Origin: Spirochaetia bacterium
GTDB lineage: Bacteria; Spirochaetota; Spirochaetia; UBA9216
Assembly (NCBI GenBank): GCA_963675665.1
Contig: OY776510.1
Location: 3,392,001 to 3,456,000 of the forward strand
Direction of reading: 5' to 3'
Length of the DNA: 64,000 bases
Position 1 is the stretch's first letter. Each line of letters begins with the position of its first letter. A model generated the notes under the pieces. That model saw only the letters and a program-made list of their open reading frames with translations. It ran no database searches and had not been told where the DNA came from. Positions 43,860 to 54,316 of the stretch are shown piece after piece. A program made the translations under genes and the position numbers.

Positions 43860-45896
43860 ATGCTGAATAAAAAAATAAAGATTACACTGGCGGCGGTTTC
43901 AGCAGCAATAGTTTTTATACTTGCAGCTGTTATTGTTATAAACAGTTTCAGACTTTCAAGTTTAAAAAATCTCATAGAAAAACAAAACAGTCTGATTCTC
44001 AAGGAAACTGCAGAGAATCGTGAAACAAGTGATTATCTAAATAATATAAACAGCATGCTTGCATATGATTTAAACAGAACTCGTGCATCATTAGGACTGC
44101 CGCTTGTAGATTACCCTATAAAAGATATTACTAACGGGCCGGAGAATGAACTGTTAGACGAAAAAAGAGATGAAGAACTTCAGGACGCTGTAATAGCGCT
44201 TTTGGAAGCGGAAAATATCAATAAAAAATCCGGGACAATTGGAAAATTTATACGGAATGAGCTGATTAGCGAGTATTTTATTTCGGAAGATATAAAATGT
44301 GAAAAGAAGAGCAACACGCTGTTTGAACTTGAGTATTTAAACAGGGTATTCACTTCCATTAATGCTTTTTCTGAATCAGAAATTCTTCTTACAGGAATAG
44401 ACGGTCAGGATTTAACTGTCGCAGCAGCTTCCAGGGAAGCAGTTTACTTTATCAATCAGAATCTTGAAAAACTTAAAATATTAAATATCGCTATAGATGA
44501 TGCTTACAAAAAACTGGAGAATCTCTCAAAATCAGATGAATTAATCGAAGCTGCCGGGAGTTCAGGCGTTATAAATATTTCAGACCGGAATATTACAGTC
44601 GGTAACAGAATAAATACAAATACAATATCGGGCATATTTGAAGAAAGAGGAGACAGTATCTTATACCGGATAAATCCCGGTAATCAGGAATACACGGAAT
44701 TCGAGTCTTTTCGTGAACATTTGATAATCTCTGCGGCGAAAATGGATAAAAGAAAACCGGATTTGATTCTGCTTGATAAAATAAAAGAAGATTTCCAAAA
44801 ACGTCTGGATGATGAATTTTTTATACAATATCTGAACAGCATGGATTTGAAGATAAATAATCAGCCAAGAGAAGATATTGATTATTATTACTATGACCTG
44901 AACCATTCTGACGGTACAAGGCTGGGCTCATTTTCCATTTTGAAGAAACTGGGTGAAATATATCTTGTAGATGCCGACGAAGTCCCGGTTTCCTCGTTAA
45001 AAACACTTTCAGTTAAAAAGATTCTGGACAGGGAAAACCGGAGGAATTTCATAATTCCTGAAAACATCCCGAAAATTGAAGGTTTGTATTCAAAAGATGA
45101 TTCAATTACTTTTTTACTGGTTGGAAACCATGAGAAAAATACGGACACAATGATTCTTGCGCATGCTGATAAAACAAGCGGAAAAGCTCACCTGATAGGG
45201 ATTCCGAGAGATCTATACTGGAAGGGAAGAAAGATAAACAGTATATATCTGAATTATGGTGCTGAGCAGTTTAAAAACGAATTATCCGAAATTACGGGAC
45301 TTGATATAAAGAATTTCATTATAGTTGATATGTACGCATTTATTGATATCGTAAATATTTTAGGCGGAATAGAAGTTACTCTTGAAGAAGATCTTGTCGA
45401 TCCGACATACCGGACACGCGAAAACGGTGAATGGTCTACTCTGAATTATACTAAAGGAACATATAATTTAAATGGTGTTGAAGCTCTGAGAGTAGCAAGA
45501 TCAAGACATGGTTCCAATGATTTTGAGCGATCAAAAAGGCAACAGCAAATTCTTGAAGCTTTTTATCAAAAAATTATTAACCTGAAGGTTACCGATGCAA
45601 ACAAGGTTTATGCCATGCTGCAGGTTCTGTTTGATTATATTGATACTGATTTCTCGTTTATAGAAATATTGAGTATATTTAACGAGTACAGTGATATTGA
45701 CATATCCGGTAAACATGTACTGAGTTTTGACAATATTCTTTATGACACATACAGCAATATTTATATGCTTGAAGATCAGGACATTGAATTCGATGAAGAT
45801 TTCAATAAAGGCGCATGGATACTTCTGCCGAGAGATAACGACTGGAATAATATACGCTGGTATATCAGAGGAATAATTAATGGAGAAATCCAGTGA
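43860..45896 (+). CDS. LytR-CpsA-Psr (LCP) family protein with long N-terminal extension
   Basis: N-terminal TM; C-terminal LCP motifs NTDTMIL, IPRDLY, KINS, VNILGGI, LNGVEAL..ARSRH..NDFERSKRQQ. Confidence 0.88.
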   Translation: MLNKKIKITLAAVSAAIVFILAAVIVINSFRLSSLKNLIEKQNSLILKETAENRETSDYLNNINSMLAYDLNRTRASLGLPLVDYPIKDITNGPENELLDEKRDEELQDAVIALLEAENINKKSGTIGKFIRNELISEYFISEDIKCEKKSNTLFELEYLNRVFTSINAFSESEILLTGIDGQDLTVAAASREAVYFINQNLEKLKILNIAIDDAYKKLENLSKSDELIEAAGSSGVINISDRNITVGNRINTNTISGIFEERGDSILYRINPGNQEYTEFESFREHLIISAAKMDKRKPDLILLDKIKEDFQKRLDDEFFIQYLNSMDLKINNQPREDIDYYYYDLNHSDGTRLGSFSILKKLGEIYLVDADEVPVSSLKTLSVKKILDRENRRNFIIPENIPKIEGLYSKDDSITFLLVGNHEKNTDTMILAHADKTSGKAHLIGIPRDLYWKGRKINSIYLNYGAEQFKNELSEITGLDIKNFIIVDMYAFIDIVNILGGIEVTLEEDLVDPTYRTRENGEWSTLNYTKGTYNLNGVEALRVARSRHGSNDFERSKRQQQILEAFYQKIINLKVTDANKVYAMLQVLFDYIDTDFSFIEILSIFNEYSDIDISGKHVLSFDNILYDTYSNIYMLEDQDIEFDEDFNKGAWILLPRDNDWNNIRWYIRGIINGEIQ

Positions 45897-47194
45897 CTGA
45901 ATCTTTTTTTATAGAGACTTACGGATGTCAGATGAATACTGCCGAATCTTCCGCTGTGGCCGCAAGTCTGGTAAAAAAAGGATGGTCGCCTGCAGAAAAA
46001 CCTGAAGAGGCATCATTAATAATAATCAATACATGTTCTGTAAGAAAGACTGCCGAAAACAGAATTTGGGGCAGACTGGGTTATTATAAACGACTACGTA
46101 ATTATCAAAATTTCAAACTGATTATAATTGGCTGCATGGCTGAAAGGCTGAAAGATTCCATAAAAGAGAATTTCCCGGTTGTAAGTCATGTCGTAAGTAA
46201 TTTTAAAAAAGTAAAGATTGCCGATCTCGTAAAAAAAAATATGGATGAAATTTCAGCCGAACTGGATACCATCGATGAAAAATATGATTTTTTTGATAGT
46301 CATGGAAAGGTTACGGATTCACATTCAATGATTCCGATAATGAACGGTTGCGACAACTATTGCAGTTATTGCATTGTTCCGTACGTTCGGGGCCATGAAA
46401 TTTCAAGGGATGTAAAATCAATTATTTCTGAAATAAAAACGTTGTATGAATCCGGTATTTCCGAAATAACCCTGCTTGGACAGAACGTTAATTCATATAA
46501 AAATGAAGAATATGATTTTTCGGATCTGCTGAAAAAAATACTTGAAGAGACAGGAATAAAATGGCTGAGGTTTACAAGCTCCAATCCCCAGGATTTTACA
46601 GATAAACTCGTAAAAACCATTGACGATGAAGAGCGTATCTGCAGTTTTATACACCTGCCGGCACAGCACGGTTCGAACATAGTATTAAAAAGAATGAATC
46701 GTAAATATACAGCGGAGCAATACATCGATCTTGCACTGAAACTAAAGAATCTTGACAAAAAAGTATCAATATCCACCGACTTGATGGTAGGTTTCCCGGG
46801 TGAAACAAATAATGATTTTTTGCTTTTAAAACAGTTGATGCAGACAGTAAAATTTGAAGAAGCGTTTACATATTATTATAATCCGAGAGAAGGAACTGAA
46901 GCTTATAAATTTTACGATGATGTACCTCAGGAAGTAAAACTTGACAGATTGTCGGAGATTATAAAAATTCAGCAGAAAATTACATTTGAAGAAAAAAGAA
47001 AACGGCTGGGAACAGTTGAAGAAGCAGTTGTTGAAGGCGTTTCAAAAAAAGACAGTAATGAAATTCTGGCCCGTACCGAAAAAAATAGTATGATTGTTTT
47101 TCCCGGAAAATATAAAAAGTCTTCAGAATATGTTAAGATAAGACTGAAAGATTTAAAGGGAAACACATATATAGGAGAGGCTGTTTATGTTTAA
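45893..47194 (+). CDS. miaB: tRNA-2-methylthio-N6-dimethylallyladenosine synthase
   Basis: ETYGCQMN, NTCSVR, GCMAE, radical SAM GCDNYCSYC, LLGQNVNSY, VGFPGET, C-terminal TRAM domain. Confidence 0.93.
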   Translation: MTESFFIETYGCQMNTAESSAVAASLVKKGWSPAEKPEEASLIIINTCSVRKTAENRIWGRLGYYKRLRNYQNFKLIIIGCMAERLKDSIKENFPVVSHVVSNFKKVKIADLVKKNMDEISAELDTIDEKYDFFDSHGKVTDSHSMIPIMNGCDNYCSYCIVPYVRGHEISRDVKSIISEIKTLYESGISEITLLGQNVNSYKNEEYDFSDLLKKILEETGIKWLRFTSSNPQDFTDKLVKTIDDEERICSFIHLPAQHGSNIVLKRMNRKYTAEQYIDLALKLKNLDKKVSISTDLMVGFPGETNNDFLLLKQLMQTVKFEEAFTYYYNPREGTEAYKFYDDVPQEVKLDRLSEIIKIQQKITFEEKRKRLGTVEEAVVEGVSKKDSNEILARTEKNSMIVFPGKYKKSSEYVKIRLKDLKGNTYIGEAVYV

Positions 47195-47486
47195 GCTGGT
47201 TTTTTTTCTGACTGGACTTGCAGTTGCGATTCTCTTCAGCGCATTTAATATCGGAAATACAACAGATATTTCTTTCGGATTTACAGTCCTTGAAGAAATT
47301 CCTGTATTTCTAAGCATAGCCATTGCTTTTCTTGCAGGTGCAATATTCACGCTTCCTTTTGCATTCTATGTAAGTATTGGTAATAAAAAAGCAAGAAAGA
47401 AAAAAGAAAAGGAAAAGGCAAGATTCATTTCGGATGAAGCACCGGAAGAGTTTTTGCAGCCTGAAAATATCAGGGATGAGACATAA
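47187..47486 (+). CDS. Small two-TM membrane protein (LapA/DUF1049-like)
   Basis: TM-FN...ISFGF...PVF..I..AFLAG-TM, then basic tail. Confidence 0.6.
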   Translation: MFKLVFFLTGLAVAILFSAFNIGNTTDISFGFTVLEEIPVFLSIAIAFLAGAIFTLPFAFYVSIGNKKARKKKEKEKARFISDEAPEEFLQPENIRDET

Positions 47487-48387
47487 TCTTGTTTTACTAA
47501 TAATATTAATATCTCTGACACCGGCAACTATACAGGCAGAAGAAGAGACAGGGAGAAGCCCGGAGGCATATGTTAAAGAATTACTGTCGGAAATTGAGTC
47601 TTTACCAGAAAGCGATAAACATAAAGCTTATATAGAGATTGCTGAAATAAAATGCGCGTTGGGGGAATTGGCAGAAGCAGCGGAGTATTTTGAAAAAGCT
47701 TCGCTTTCTGTGAAAGGAAAAAAAGATTTTACATCTCTTTACAGAGCGGCTGAAATAAATGTTGAAACAGCATGTTATAGAGAAGCGGAAGCCCAGATAC
47801 GGGCAATTATGACATTTGCAGATGACCTTGGCCTGCGGATAAAATCAGAGGTACTGTCCGCAAGAATTAAATCAAATATTGACTTAATTGATGATGCAAT
47901 TCTGATATTGAATAATATTATTAAGGCAACTGATAGTATACCAATGGAGGCTGTAAGGTTTATTGATGATTTTTATCAGAAAAATTCAAAAAAATACGAA
48001 TTGCCGGAAATTGCCGACTTCCTGAAAAAGCGAAGTGAAATGATACCATATCAACAAGTGGCAAGAATAATCTCACCTGAAATGTTTTTCAGTAATGAAA
48101 AACTAGATATACAGTTTATTGACAATAACCGGGAAACTGTTAGCCTGGACGATGATGCAGATATAAATGTCTTTTATATACAGCTTGGTTCATTTTCAGT
48201 AAAAGAAAATGCTGAAGATCTTTTTAAGAGGGCTACAGAAAAAGGATATAAAGCTGAAATAAGAACAAAAAACGTAAACGGAAAAGATTATCTCATTGTA
48301 GCAGTGCCGGTGACGGAAGCCGGAGGAGAACAGGAGCTGATAATAAAACTTAAGGAAGACGGTTTTGAAGGTTATCCGGTTTATTGA
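47476..48387 (+). CDS. Exported TPR plus SPOR domain protein
   Basis: ATG 47476 with signal peptide; TPR-like helices; C-terminal SPOR motif YIQLGSFS.KENA. Confidence 0.8.
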   Translation: MRHNLVLLIILISLTPATIQAEEETGRSPEAYVKELLSEIESLPESDKHKAYIEIAEIKCALGELAEAAEYFEKASLSVKGKKDFTSLYRAAEINVETACYREAEAQIRAIMTFADDLGLRIKSEVLSARIKSNIDLIDDAILILNNIIKATDSIPMEAVRFIDDFYQKNSKKYELPEIADFLKKRSEMIPYQQVARIISPEMFFSNEKLDIQFIDNNRETVSLDDDADINVFYIQLGSFSVKENAEDLFKRATEKGYKAEIRTKNVNGKDYLIVAVPVTEAGGEQELIIKLKEDGFEGYPVY

Positions 48388-48398
48388 ATCGGGATTGA

Positions 48399-49907
48399 TT
48401 ATTCGATATTATCATTGTTTATTTCAAGAGTTTCTGTCTGCGTTAATCTGAGAAACTCGGAGTCAAACGGGCGAAACCCGTAAATGCTTAATGCTCCCGG
48501 AGTAAGCACAAGCGTTCTCTCTATAGACATTTCTTTCTGTTCTTCCGTATAACCAAGTGCATAGGAACGTTCTTCAATGACTATCCCGCGGTCGTCAAGA
48601 ATCTTTAAACTGAGAATATTGATATCTGCTTTATAGACTGCGAATCCTCCGGTGATTTCTTCAAAAGAGTTTTTCATATAAAAATCTGAGCCGTAAAACT
48701 CAATAATATCACCGGAACCGCTGATATATTGTCCGGAAAGTTCCGGTAATGATGTATAGTCGATTACCCGATCCAAATCCAGGACAGTTTCTTCCTGCAT
48801 ATCCGCACTCATGCGGGTATAATTTCCTGTCCAGATATCATTGGACCCCTTTGTTCTGGTTTGGCTGTCGATATCCCTGACGGTAACGTTTATTTCGTTC
48901 AGATCAAGAATTTTAATATAAAATTCATTTTCAATATAATTAATTATCTCATTTCTGCACCGGACATAGAGCAGGTTGCTGAGAACTTTATAGGAGTTTA
49001 TCCAGCTGTAATTTTCCTGGATATCATCAAGGTAAAAAGTTGAAGCTTTATTCACGGGATCAAAATAAATTATTTTATCGTCATCGTACCACGGGCCTTC
49101 GATAAAATCATAAAAAGCCAGTTCATCGCCGGTGAACAGTTCCTCAAGCTGATTTTCTGCTACAACAGTATTTTCGATTCTTTCCTGTGAAAGAAGAAGA
49201 TATTTCTTCAAAGGAAAATCCCAATAGTATCTGGAAACAATAAGCTCGTTTTCATCTGCTTCGCTTGTTACTGTAATTGTATAACTGATCCCGTTTTTAA
49301 GGCCCTGATGGTACCCTCTTGAACGTTCAAGTTGATTAATCTCTATTGTTCCGCGTTCAGCAATATTAAAGACAGGCAGATATACCGGCTGGTTTCTTTC
49401 GGTTGTATTCTTCCAGAAAATATCAAGCGTTGTATTGCCGTCGGAATCACGGCCGGAGCATACAATCTCGGAGTTATGATCTCCGATAATATCATCAAGA
49501 TAAACAATAAATGATCTGATGTTTTCGGCTTTGGTCCGGCCATTCCAGACGCGTGAATAACTATTCTGGACATTGTCAAAATCGGCAATGGCAATATGTA
49601 TAAAACCGTCGGGATTGGATCGTTCACGGAATACAAGCATCTGTTCTTCCTGGGCATCAAGATCTATGTTCAGGTTAATTGTAGAAATAAGGATCTCATC
49701 AGAACCGAGAGGAATCAGCGGCTTGTCCGAATCAGTGTCGAACGCGCTGCTGTTATATATATTGTCAATTGAATCGCCGTCTTCTGCAGAGGGAGTAATA
49801 TCAGTAACCATTTCAGGAGATTTGTATTCTTCATCCTTGTCCATGCATGAAAGGACAATCAATAAAAAAAATATAACAGAAAAAATATGTAAACTATATC
49901 TAATCAT
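48399..49907 (-). CDS. Pallilysin (TP0751)-related lipoprotein
   Basis: Lipobox IVLS-C; NIDLDAQEEQ, DIIGDH..EIV..G, GTIEI..ERS..Y, Y.WD motifs; genomic position beside vWA and cfpA as in Treponema. Confidence 0.65.
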   Translation of the reverse strand: MIRYSLHIFSVIFFLLIVLSCMDKDEEYKSPEMVTDITPSAEDGDSIDNIYNSSAFDTDSDKPLIPLGSDEILISTINLNIDLDAQEEQMLVFRERSNPDGFIHIAIADFDNVQNSYSRVWNGRTKAENIRSFIVYLDDIIGDHNSEIVCSGRDSDGNTTLDIFWKNTTERNQPVYLPVFNIAERGTIEINQLERSRGYHQGLKNGISYTITVTSEADENELIVSRYYWDFPLKKYLLLSQERIENTVVAENQLEELFTGDELAFYDFIEGPWYDDDKIIYFDPVNKASTFYLDDIQENYSWINSYKVLSNLLYVRCRNEIINYIENEFYIKILDLNEINVTVRDIDSQTRTKGSNDIWTGNYTRMSADMQEETVLDLDRVIDYTSLPELSGQYISGSGDIIEFYGSDFYMKNSFEEITGGFAVYKADINILSLKILDDRGIVIEERSYALGYTEEQKEMSIERTLVLTPGALSIYGFRPFDSEFLRLTQTETLEINNDNIE

Positions 49908-50892
49908 TTCCCGGCTGCGCAAAGTATTTATTAAGCATATCTAACACTTTTACCTTGATTTCTTCAAGTGGGTATTTGCTTTTAAATCCTGCCGCGGTTT
50001 TATGACCTCCGCCGTTATAAATCTGGGCAATGAATGCTACGTCAATATTACCCTTTGAACGGAGAGAACAACGGAGGATGCCTTCAAGATTTTCCTTGAA
50101 AAAAACCGATACTTTGATCTCTTCACTTTTAAGAGGAATATTAATAAGAGAATCAGCTTCTTCATAAAGGGCGCCGCTCTCAATAATATCTTCTTTGCGC
50201 ATTGTCTGAACAGCAACATGATTGTCATAGAAGAACTCAAGAGTTGAAAGAACTTTGGACTGAAGCATAAGCGATGATATTGAATTGCTCTCATAAAGTT
50301 TTGAGTAAATGAAATTCGGGTTAACTCCGAGTCTTACACATGATTCTGCGATTGAGAAAGTCCTTGCTGTTGTTTTGGGATAAATAAAAGAACCAGTGTC
50401 GTAGACAATGCCCAGATAGATTGCAACGGCCATCTCGTATGAAATTTCAATCTTCATTTCATTAAAAAGCTCAAACAGCATTTCGCATGTCGAGGAAGCT
50501 TCGCTTTCAATATGATTTGCTGTCGAAACCGAATCTCCGCCCTCGTGGTGATCGAAAATAAAATAGTTTTTTACTTTGGAAAGAACGTTTAATTTTATGG
50601 AACCGATATTGTTTATATCGTTTGTATCAAGAATGAGAAGCACCCAGTCGGATATATCATCAGGAAGCTGACTATCATCCTTGTAAAGTTCAATTATATT
50701 GTCGATATCAAGAAAATAATATTTTTCCGCCATAGGATCAGCATTAATTATCTTTATCGTTTTACCTAAAGTTTTTAGAGCAAGATATGCAGCAATCTCG
50801 CTGCCTATTGCGTCGCCGTCAGGGGTTTCATGTGCAGTGAGAATGAACTTGTCATGATTATTAATAAAATCAGCTATCGCTTGAAATCTCAT
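49900..50892 (-). CDS. DHH/DHHA1 phosphoesterase (NrnA/DhhP-like)
   Basis: HETPDGDAIGS, LDT, FDHH, ASST, YDTGSF, SLRS, GGGHKTAAG. Confidence 0.92.
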   Translation of the reverse strand: MRFQAIADFINNHDKFILTAHETPDGDAIGSEIAAYLALKTLGKTIKIINADPMAEKYYFLDIDNIIELYKDDSQLPDDISDWVLLILDTNDINNIGSIKLNVLSKVKNYFIFDHHEGGDSVSTANHIESEASSTCEMLFELFNEMKIEISYEMAVAIYLGIVYDTGSFIYPKTTARTFSIAESCVRLGVNPNFIYSKLYESNSISSLMLQSKVLSTLEFFYDNHVAVQTMRKEDIIESGALYEEADSLINIPLKSEEIKVSVFFKENLEGILRCSLRSKGNIDVAFIAQIYNGGGHKTAAGFKSKYPLEEIKVKVLDMLNKYFAQPGND

Positions 50893-52051
50893 TAGTTTTA
50901 TTTTTTTTCCTTTCATCGTCGTCTTTATGCAGAATAAGGTTCCTGATAAGTATAAAGGCTATTATACCTGCAATGACAAGAATTACTATAATAATTATAA
51001 GCCAATTGAATCCGCCGATCACGTCTTTTGATTCATTTTTTTCGTTTTTTATTACGTTTTCAGTTTTACTGGCTATTTCAGAATTCTTCTCCGAACCCAA
51101 GTTACAGGAAAAGACAGCCGGAAGAAAGGGGGTGTCTCCTTCAAATTTGAAGATGACTGTACCATCAGTATTTTCAGGTATAATTCCGTTGAGCACTTCC
51201 GATGATAATGTGATATGAATATCGATTGAACTTTCAGGACTTATTGTAGTCGAGTATTTATTATCAAGCAGATGATAATTGCCGCTGCTGTTCTGGAATG
51301 TGATTTGTTCTATGATGACAGTCCTTTCCGATACATAACCTTCGCTGGAAAGAGAAAGGCTTAGAACGCCCCTGGTAATTTCGAAATTATCTGCTGTTAC
51401 CCTGCCGATAATTTCCGACTGACTGATTGGCGGCGGGAGTTCACCGGTAAAATCAAGCGTTTTGTGTGTAGTCGCAAGTTCTTCGGCAAGTTCTTCTACG
51501 GCCGTATCTGTTCCAATCCCCAAAATCATAATTTTCCAGCCTTCGCGCTGAATGGTTTTTGTGTTTTCAAGAAATTTGTGATTAAAGCTGCCGTCCGGGG
51601 TGTAATAGGGACTTTCAGGTGGGGCTTCCTGTTTGCCGTCGGTCAGCAGGATAAGATATTTTCGGTCGAAACGCTGTTGCGTGTCGTTTACAGCAGAATC
51701 AAGCCTGTCAAGAGCATTTCCGATATCTGTAAACCGGCCGTCGGCAGGTATAGCCTTTATAGTATTCATTATGCTGTAAATATTATTTTCTTTGACTATG
51801 CCGTCAAATACAAGATCAGCGTTACCGTAGAACTGAATGAAAACAAGACGATCTCCGGGAATGAGAAAGTCGCTGATAAAATATTCGTTTATATAGGACG
51901 TAACATCATCGATCTCTTCTACCATGGATTTGCTTTTGTCAACGACCAGAAACAGTTCGATATTCTCTGTTCTGGTATCTGCCGAAACGGTAATGACATT
52001 TGCCAGTAATAGAAATAAAGCCGTTATTAAAATTGTAAATTTTTTATACAT
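50870..52051 (-). CDS. vWA-domain membrane protein (TP0750-like)
   Basis: Signal peptide, MIDAS motif VDKSKSM, FTDIG, LLTDG; C-terminal TM anchor. Confidence 0.88.
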   Translation of the reverse strand: MYKKFTILITALFLLLANVITVSADTRTENIELFLVVDKSKSMVEEIDDVTSYINEYFISDFLIPGDRLVFIQFYGNADLVFDGIVKENNIYSIMNTIKAIPADGRFTDIGNALDRLDSAVNDTQQRFDRKYLILLTDGKQEAPPESPYYTPDGSFNHKFLENTKTIQREGWKIMILGIGTDTAVEELAEELATTHKTLDFTGELPPPISQSEIIGRVTADNFEITRGVLSLSLSSEGYVSERTVIIEQITFQNSSGNYHLLDNKYSTTISPESSIDIHITLSSEVLNGIIPENTDGTVIFKFEGDTPFLPAVFSCNLGSEKNSEIASKTENVIKNEKNESKDVIGGFNWLIIIIVILVIAGIIAFILIRNLILHKDDDERKKNKTNEISSDS

Positions 52052-52113
52052 GCGTTTTCCTGTTAAAATAATAGTAACACGATGTTTTTTGATTAAAAAG
52101 CCTTAAAACTTAT

Positions 52114-52127
52114 AAAAAAAAAAAAAA
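52114..52127. repeat. A14 homopolymer in the divergent vWA/cfpA intergenic region
   Basis: Fourteen consecutive A residues, just upstream of a possible cfpA promoter TTTACA(52133-52138)...GATAAT(52155-52160). Confidence 0.9.
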
Positions 52128-52193
52128 CTTACTTTACATATCAGCATGGTTATTGATAATCTGTATACTGATAAAACTAGTAAGGAGAGTCAA

Positions 52194-54248
52194 ATGGGAA
52201 GCGTAGATTTACCAAAAAGTCCAATGGTATTCCACCCGGAAAAAAGAAGTGCGGTGGGTTCCAGGAACTCTCTTGCCCAGGAAAGCAGGGACCAACAGGC
52301 TGAAGTAGAACGGCTGCTTGAAGAAGAAGTCGACAAAGTAATAAACCATATGACAGCAAAATTACCCGATGAAGTTCTTTCAGAACTTGATGTAATGGGA
52401 GGTTTGAAAGAAAAGGTTTATAATTACTTCAACCAGAATTACCAGAACATGTTCAACCGTTATATTGTAACTGCTGAAGATGAAATGGTAAAAAAGGTAA
52501 GAAACTTCGTTGATAAAGAGGAAATGAAGGTTCTTACAAGATACACCCCGAAAGAAATAGCTACACTGCTTGAAGAAGTAGGTGGAATGGATCGCTTCAA
52601 TACCGGCGAAATTGAGAAATCAATTGTAAACATGTACGGACACCTGCAGGGACATATACAGCGTGGTATGAATGATCTTGAAAACCTGACCAATTCACTG
52701 CTGAGACAAAAAACGGATGTTGGTGCTTTTATCAGAGGCGAGAACGCGTATTCGGTTGTAAAATGTTCATTCAAGGACAGTATTCAGAAACCTAAAACTG
52801 TATGCAACGTAAAACTGTCAGTCAATATTCTTGATTCGGAACTGATAAGTCCAATCTTTCATTATCAGGCAACTGTAGAGTATTTGATTAAGGATTTGAT
52901 TTCAAAACAGATTATCGATGCAATCGATAAGGAAATCGAAGTTTTCAAGGATGAAAGACTCGACAAGGGGCTTGAAGAATTAAACGACAGTGAAATAATC
53001 TTCACCAAGATGGGGAAGGTTGAAAACCACACATCCGATGATGTCAACAATGCAAAATCAGCACGGTACAGCTACATTTCAAAGAGCATAATGGAAAAGG
53101 TTGAAGGCCTTCGGGCCGAGATTGATCCTGAAGAATTCGATCCGCTTAATATCAGGGAAAATCTTAAAAAGATTATGGATATCGAGAATATTCGTAACAG
53201 AGGGTATAATACCGCCATTAACTCAATTACAAGTATTCTTGATACTTCAAAGATGGGTTATCAGTATATAGAGAACCTTAAAAATGCACGCGAGCTTGTA
53301 ATTCGTGAATACGAAGATACAGACGATGCAACTTTACCTGATGAACGTTACAAAATAAGAATGAAATACTACGATAATGCACAGCTCATCGAAGAAAGAA
53401 AAGCCTATGATGTACAGGTTAAATCTTTTGAGGTTGAAGTTGAACACATCTGGGACGTTCTTGAAATGGTATACGTAGACGGAAAGAGAATGAAAAGAGT
53501 CACTGACTTTGAAGATCTCTCTAAAATCTACAAAAACAAGGTTAAGAAAAAAATAAAGGTAAAAACCGGTGATCCGGTTTACGAAGATATAGAAAAAAGC
53601 TGGGATGAAGTATCTTTTGTAGATGCTGCTGAAACTGAAGTAGAAAAAATGAACAGGACTTATGTTTTCCAGAAAGATAAACTGCATAAGAAACTTGTTA
53701 TGATGAGAGAAAAACTTCAGGAGATGTACGGTTACAGGTATCCGGTTCAGAGAAGGGTAATGGAAGACAGACTGGCTTTTCTTACTTCTGAATTTGCGAA
53801 ATTTGATTACATCATTAATCCGTATCATATTCAGCCGGGACTCCTTCTTGATGTTGATATTACTTCAATAAAAAGAAAGAAAGCGACTCTGGACGGTATG
53901 GCTAATGTTCTCAATGAATTCCTGCACGGTGTTTCCAAAGGTTTTCAGGATGCAGCATTCGCAGCCTTCTCAAGAAGAAGATCGACCGTACGTGAAGATA
54001 TAGACATGAGCTTTTCATCAGATCTTGAAGAAGAAGATGCGGGGCACCAGCAGTCTTTGGGTTCATCATATCTTGATATGTTGAATGCGCCTGCAGAAAG
54101 CAGTCCTGCTGAAACAACAATTAAAGAAAAAGCACCGGCCAAAAAAACAAAAGCTAAATCTACTGCCAAATCAAAAGGCGTTGTGGATAATGATAAAACA
54201 AAAACTAGACGTGGCAGGCCCAGGAAGAGTAATTTGGATACTATCTGA
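52194..54248 (+). CDS. cfpA: Cytoplasmic filament protein A
   Basis: [24 protein letters not shown]-terminus, [40 protein letters not shown], matching treponemal CfpA as recalled; AAGGAG RBS before ATG 52194. Confidence 0.9.
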   Translation: MGSVDLPKSPMVFHPEKRSAVGSRNSLAQESRDQQAEVERLLEEEVDKVINHMTAKLPDEVLSELDVMGGLKEKVYNYFNQNYQNMFNRYIVTAEDEMVKKVRNFVDKEEMKVLTRYTPKEIATLLEEVGGMDRFNTGEIEKSIVNMYGHLQGHIQRGMNDLENLTNSLLRQKTDVGAFIRGENAYSVVKCSFKDSIQKPKTVCNVKLSVNILDSELISPIFHYQATVEYLIKDLISKQIIDAIDKEIEVFKDERLDKGLEELNDSEIIFTKMGKVENHTSDDVNNAKSARYSYISKSIMEKVEGLRAEIDPEEFDPLNIRENLKKIMDIENIRNRGYNTAINSITSILDTSKMGYQYIENLKNARELVIREYEDTDDATLPDERYKIRMKYYDNAQLIEERKAYDVQVKSFEVEVEHIWDVLEMVYVDGKRMKRVTDFEDLSKIYKNKVKKKIKVKTGDPVYEDIEKSWDEVSFVDAAETEVEKMNRTYVFQKDKLHKKLVMMREKLQEMYGYRYPVQRRVMEDRLAFLTSEFAKFDYIINPYHIQPGLLLDVDITSIKRKKATLDGMANVLNEFLHGVSKGFQDAAFAAFSRRRSTVREDIDMSFSSDLEEEDAGHQQSLGSSYLDMLNAPAESSPAETTIKEKAPAKKTKAKSTAKSKGVVDNDKTKTRRGRPRKSNLDTI

Positions 54249-54270
54249 ATTACTATCTAATTAAAATAAT

Positions 54271-54298
54271 AATCCCCTGTTGAGAAACAGGGGATTTT
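54271..54298 (+). terminator. Intrinsic terminator after cfpA
   Basis: AATCCCCTGTT-GAGA-AACAGGGGATT followed by a short T run. Confidence 0.7.
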
Positions 54299-54316
54299 AA
54301 ATTGAGGTTGCCAAAT

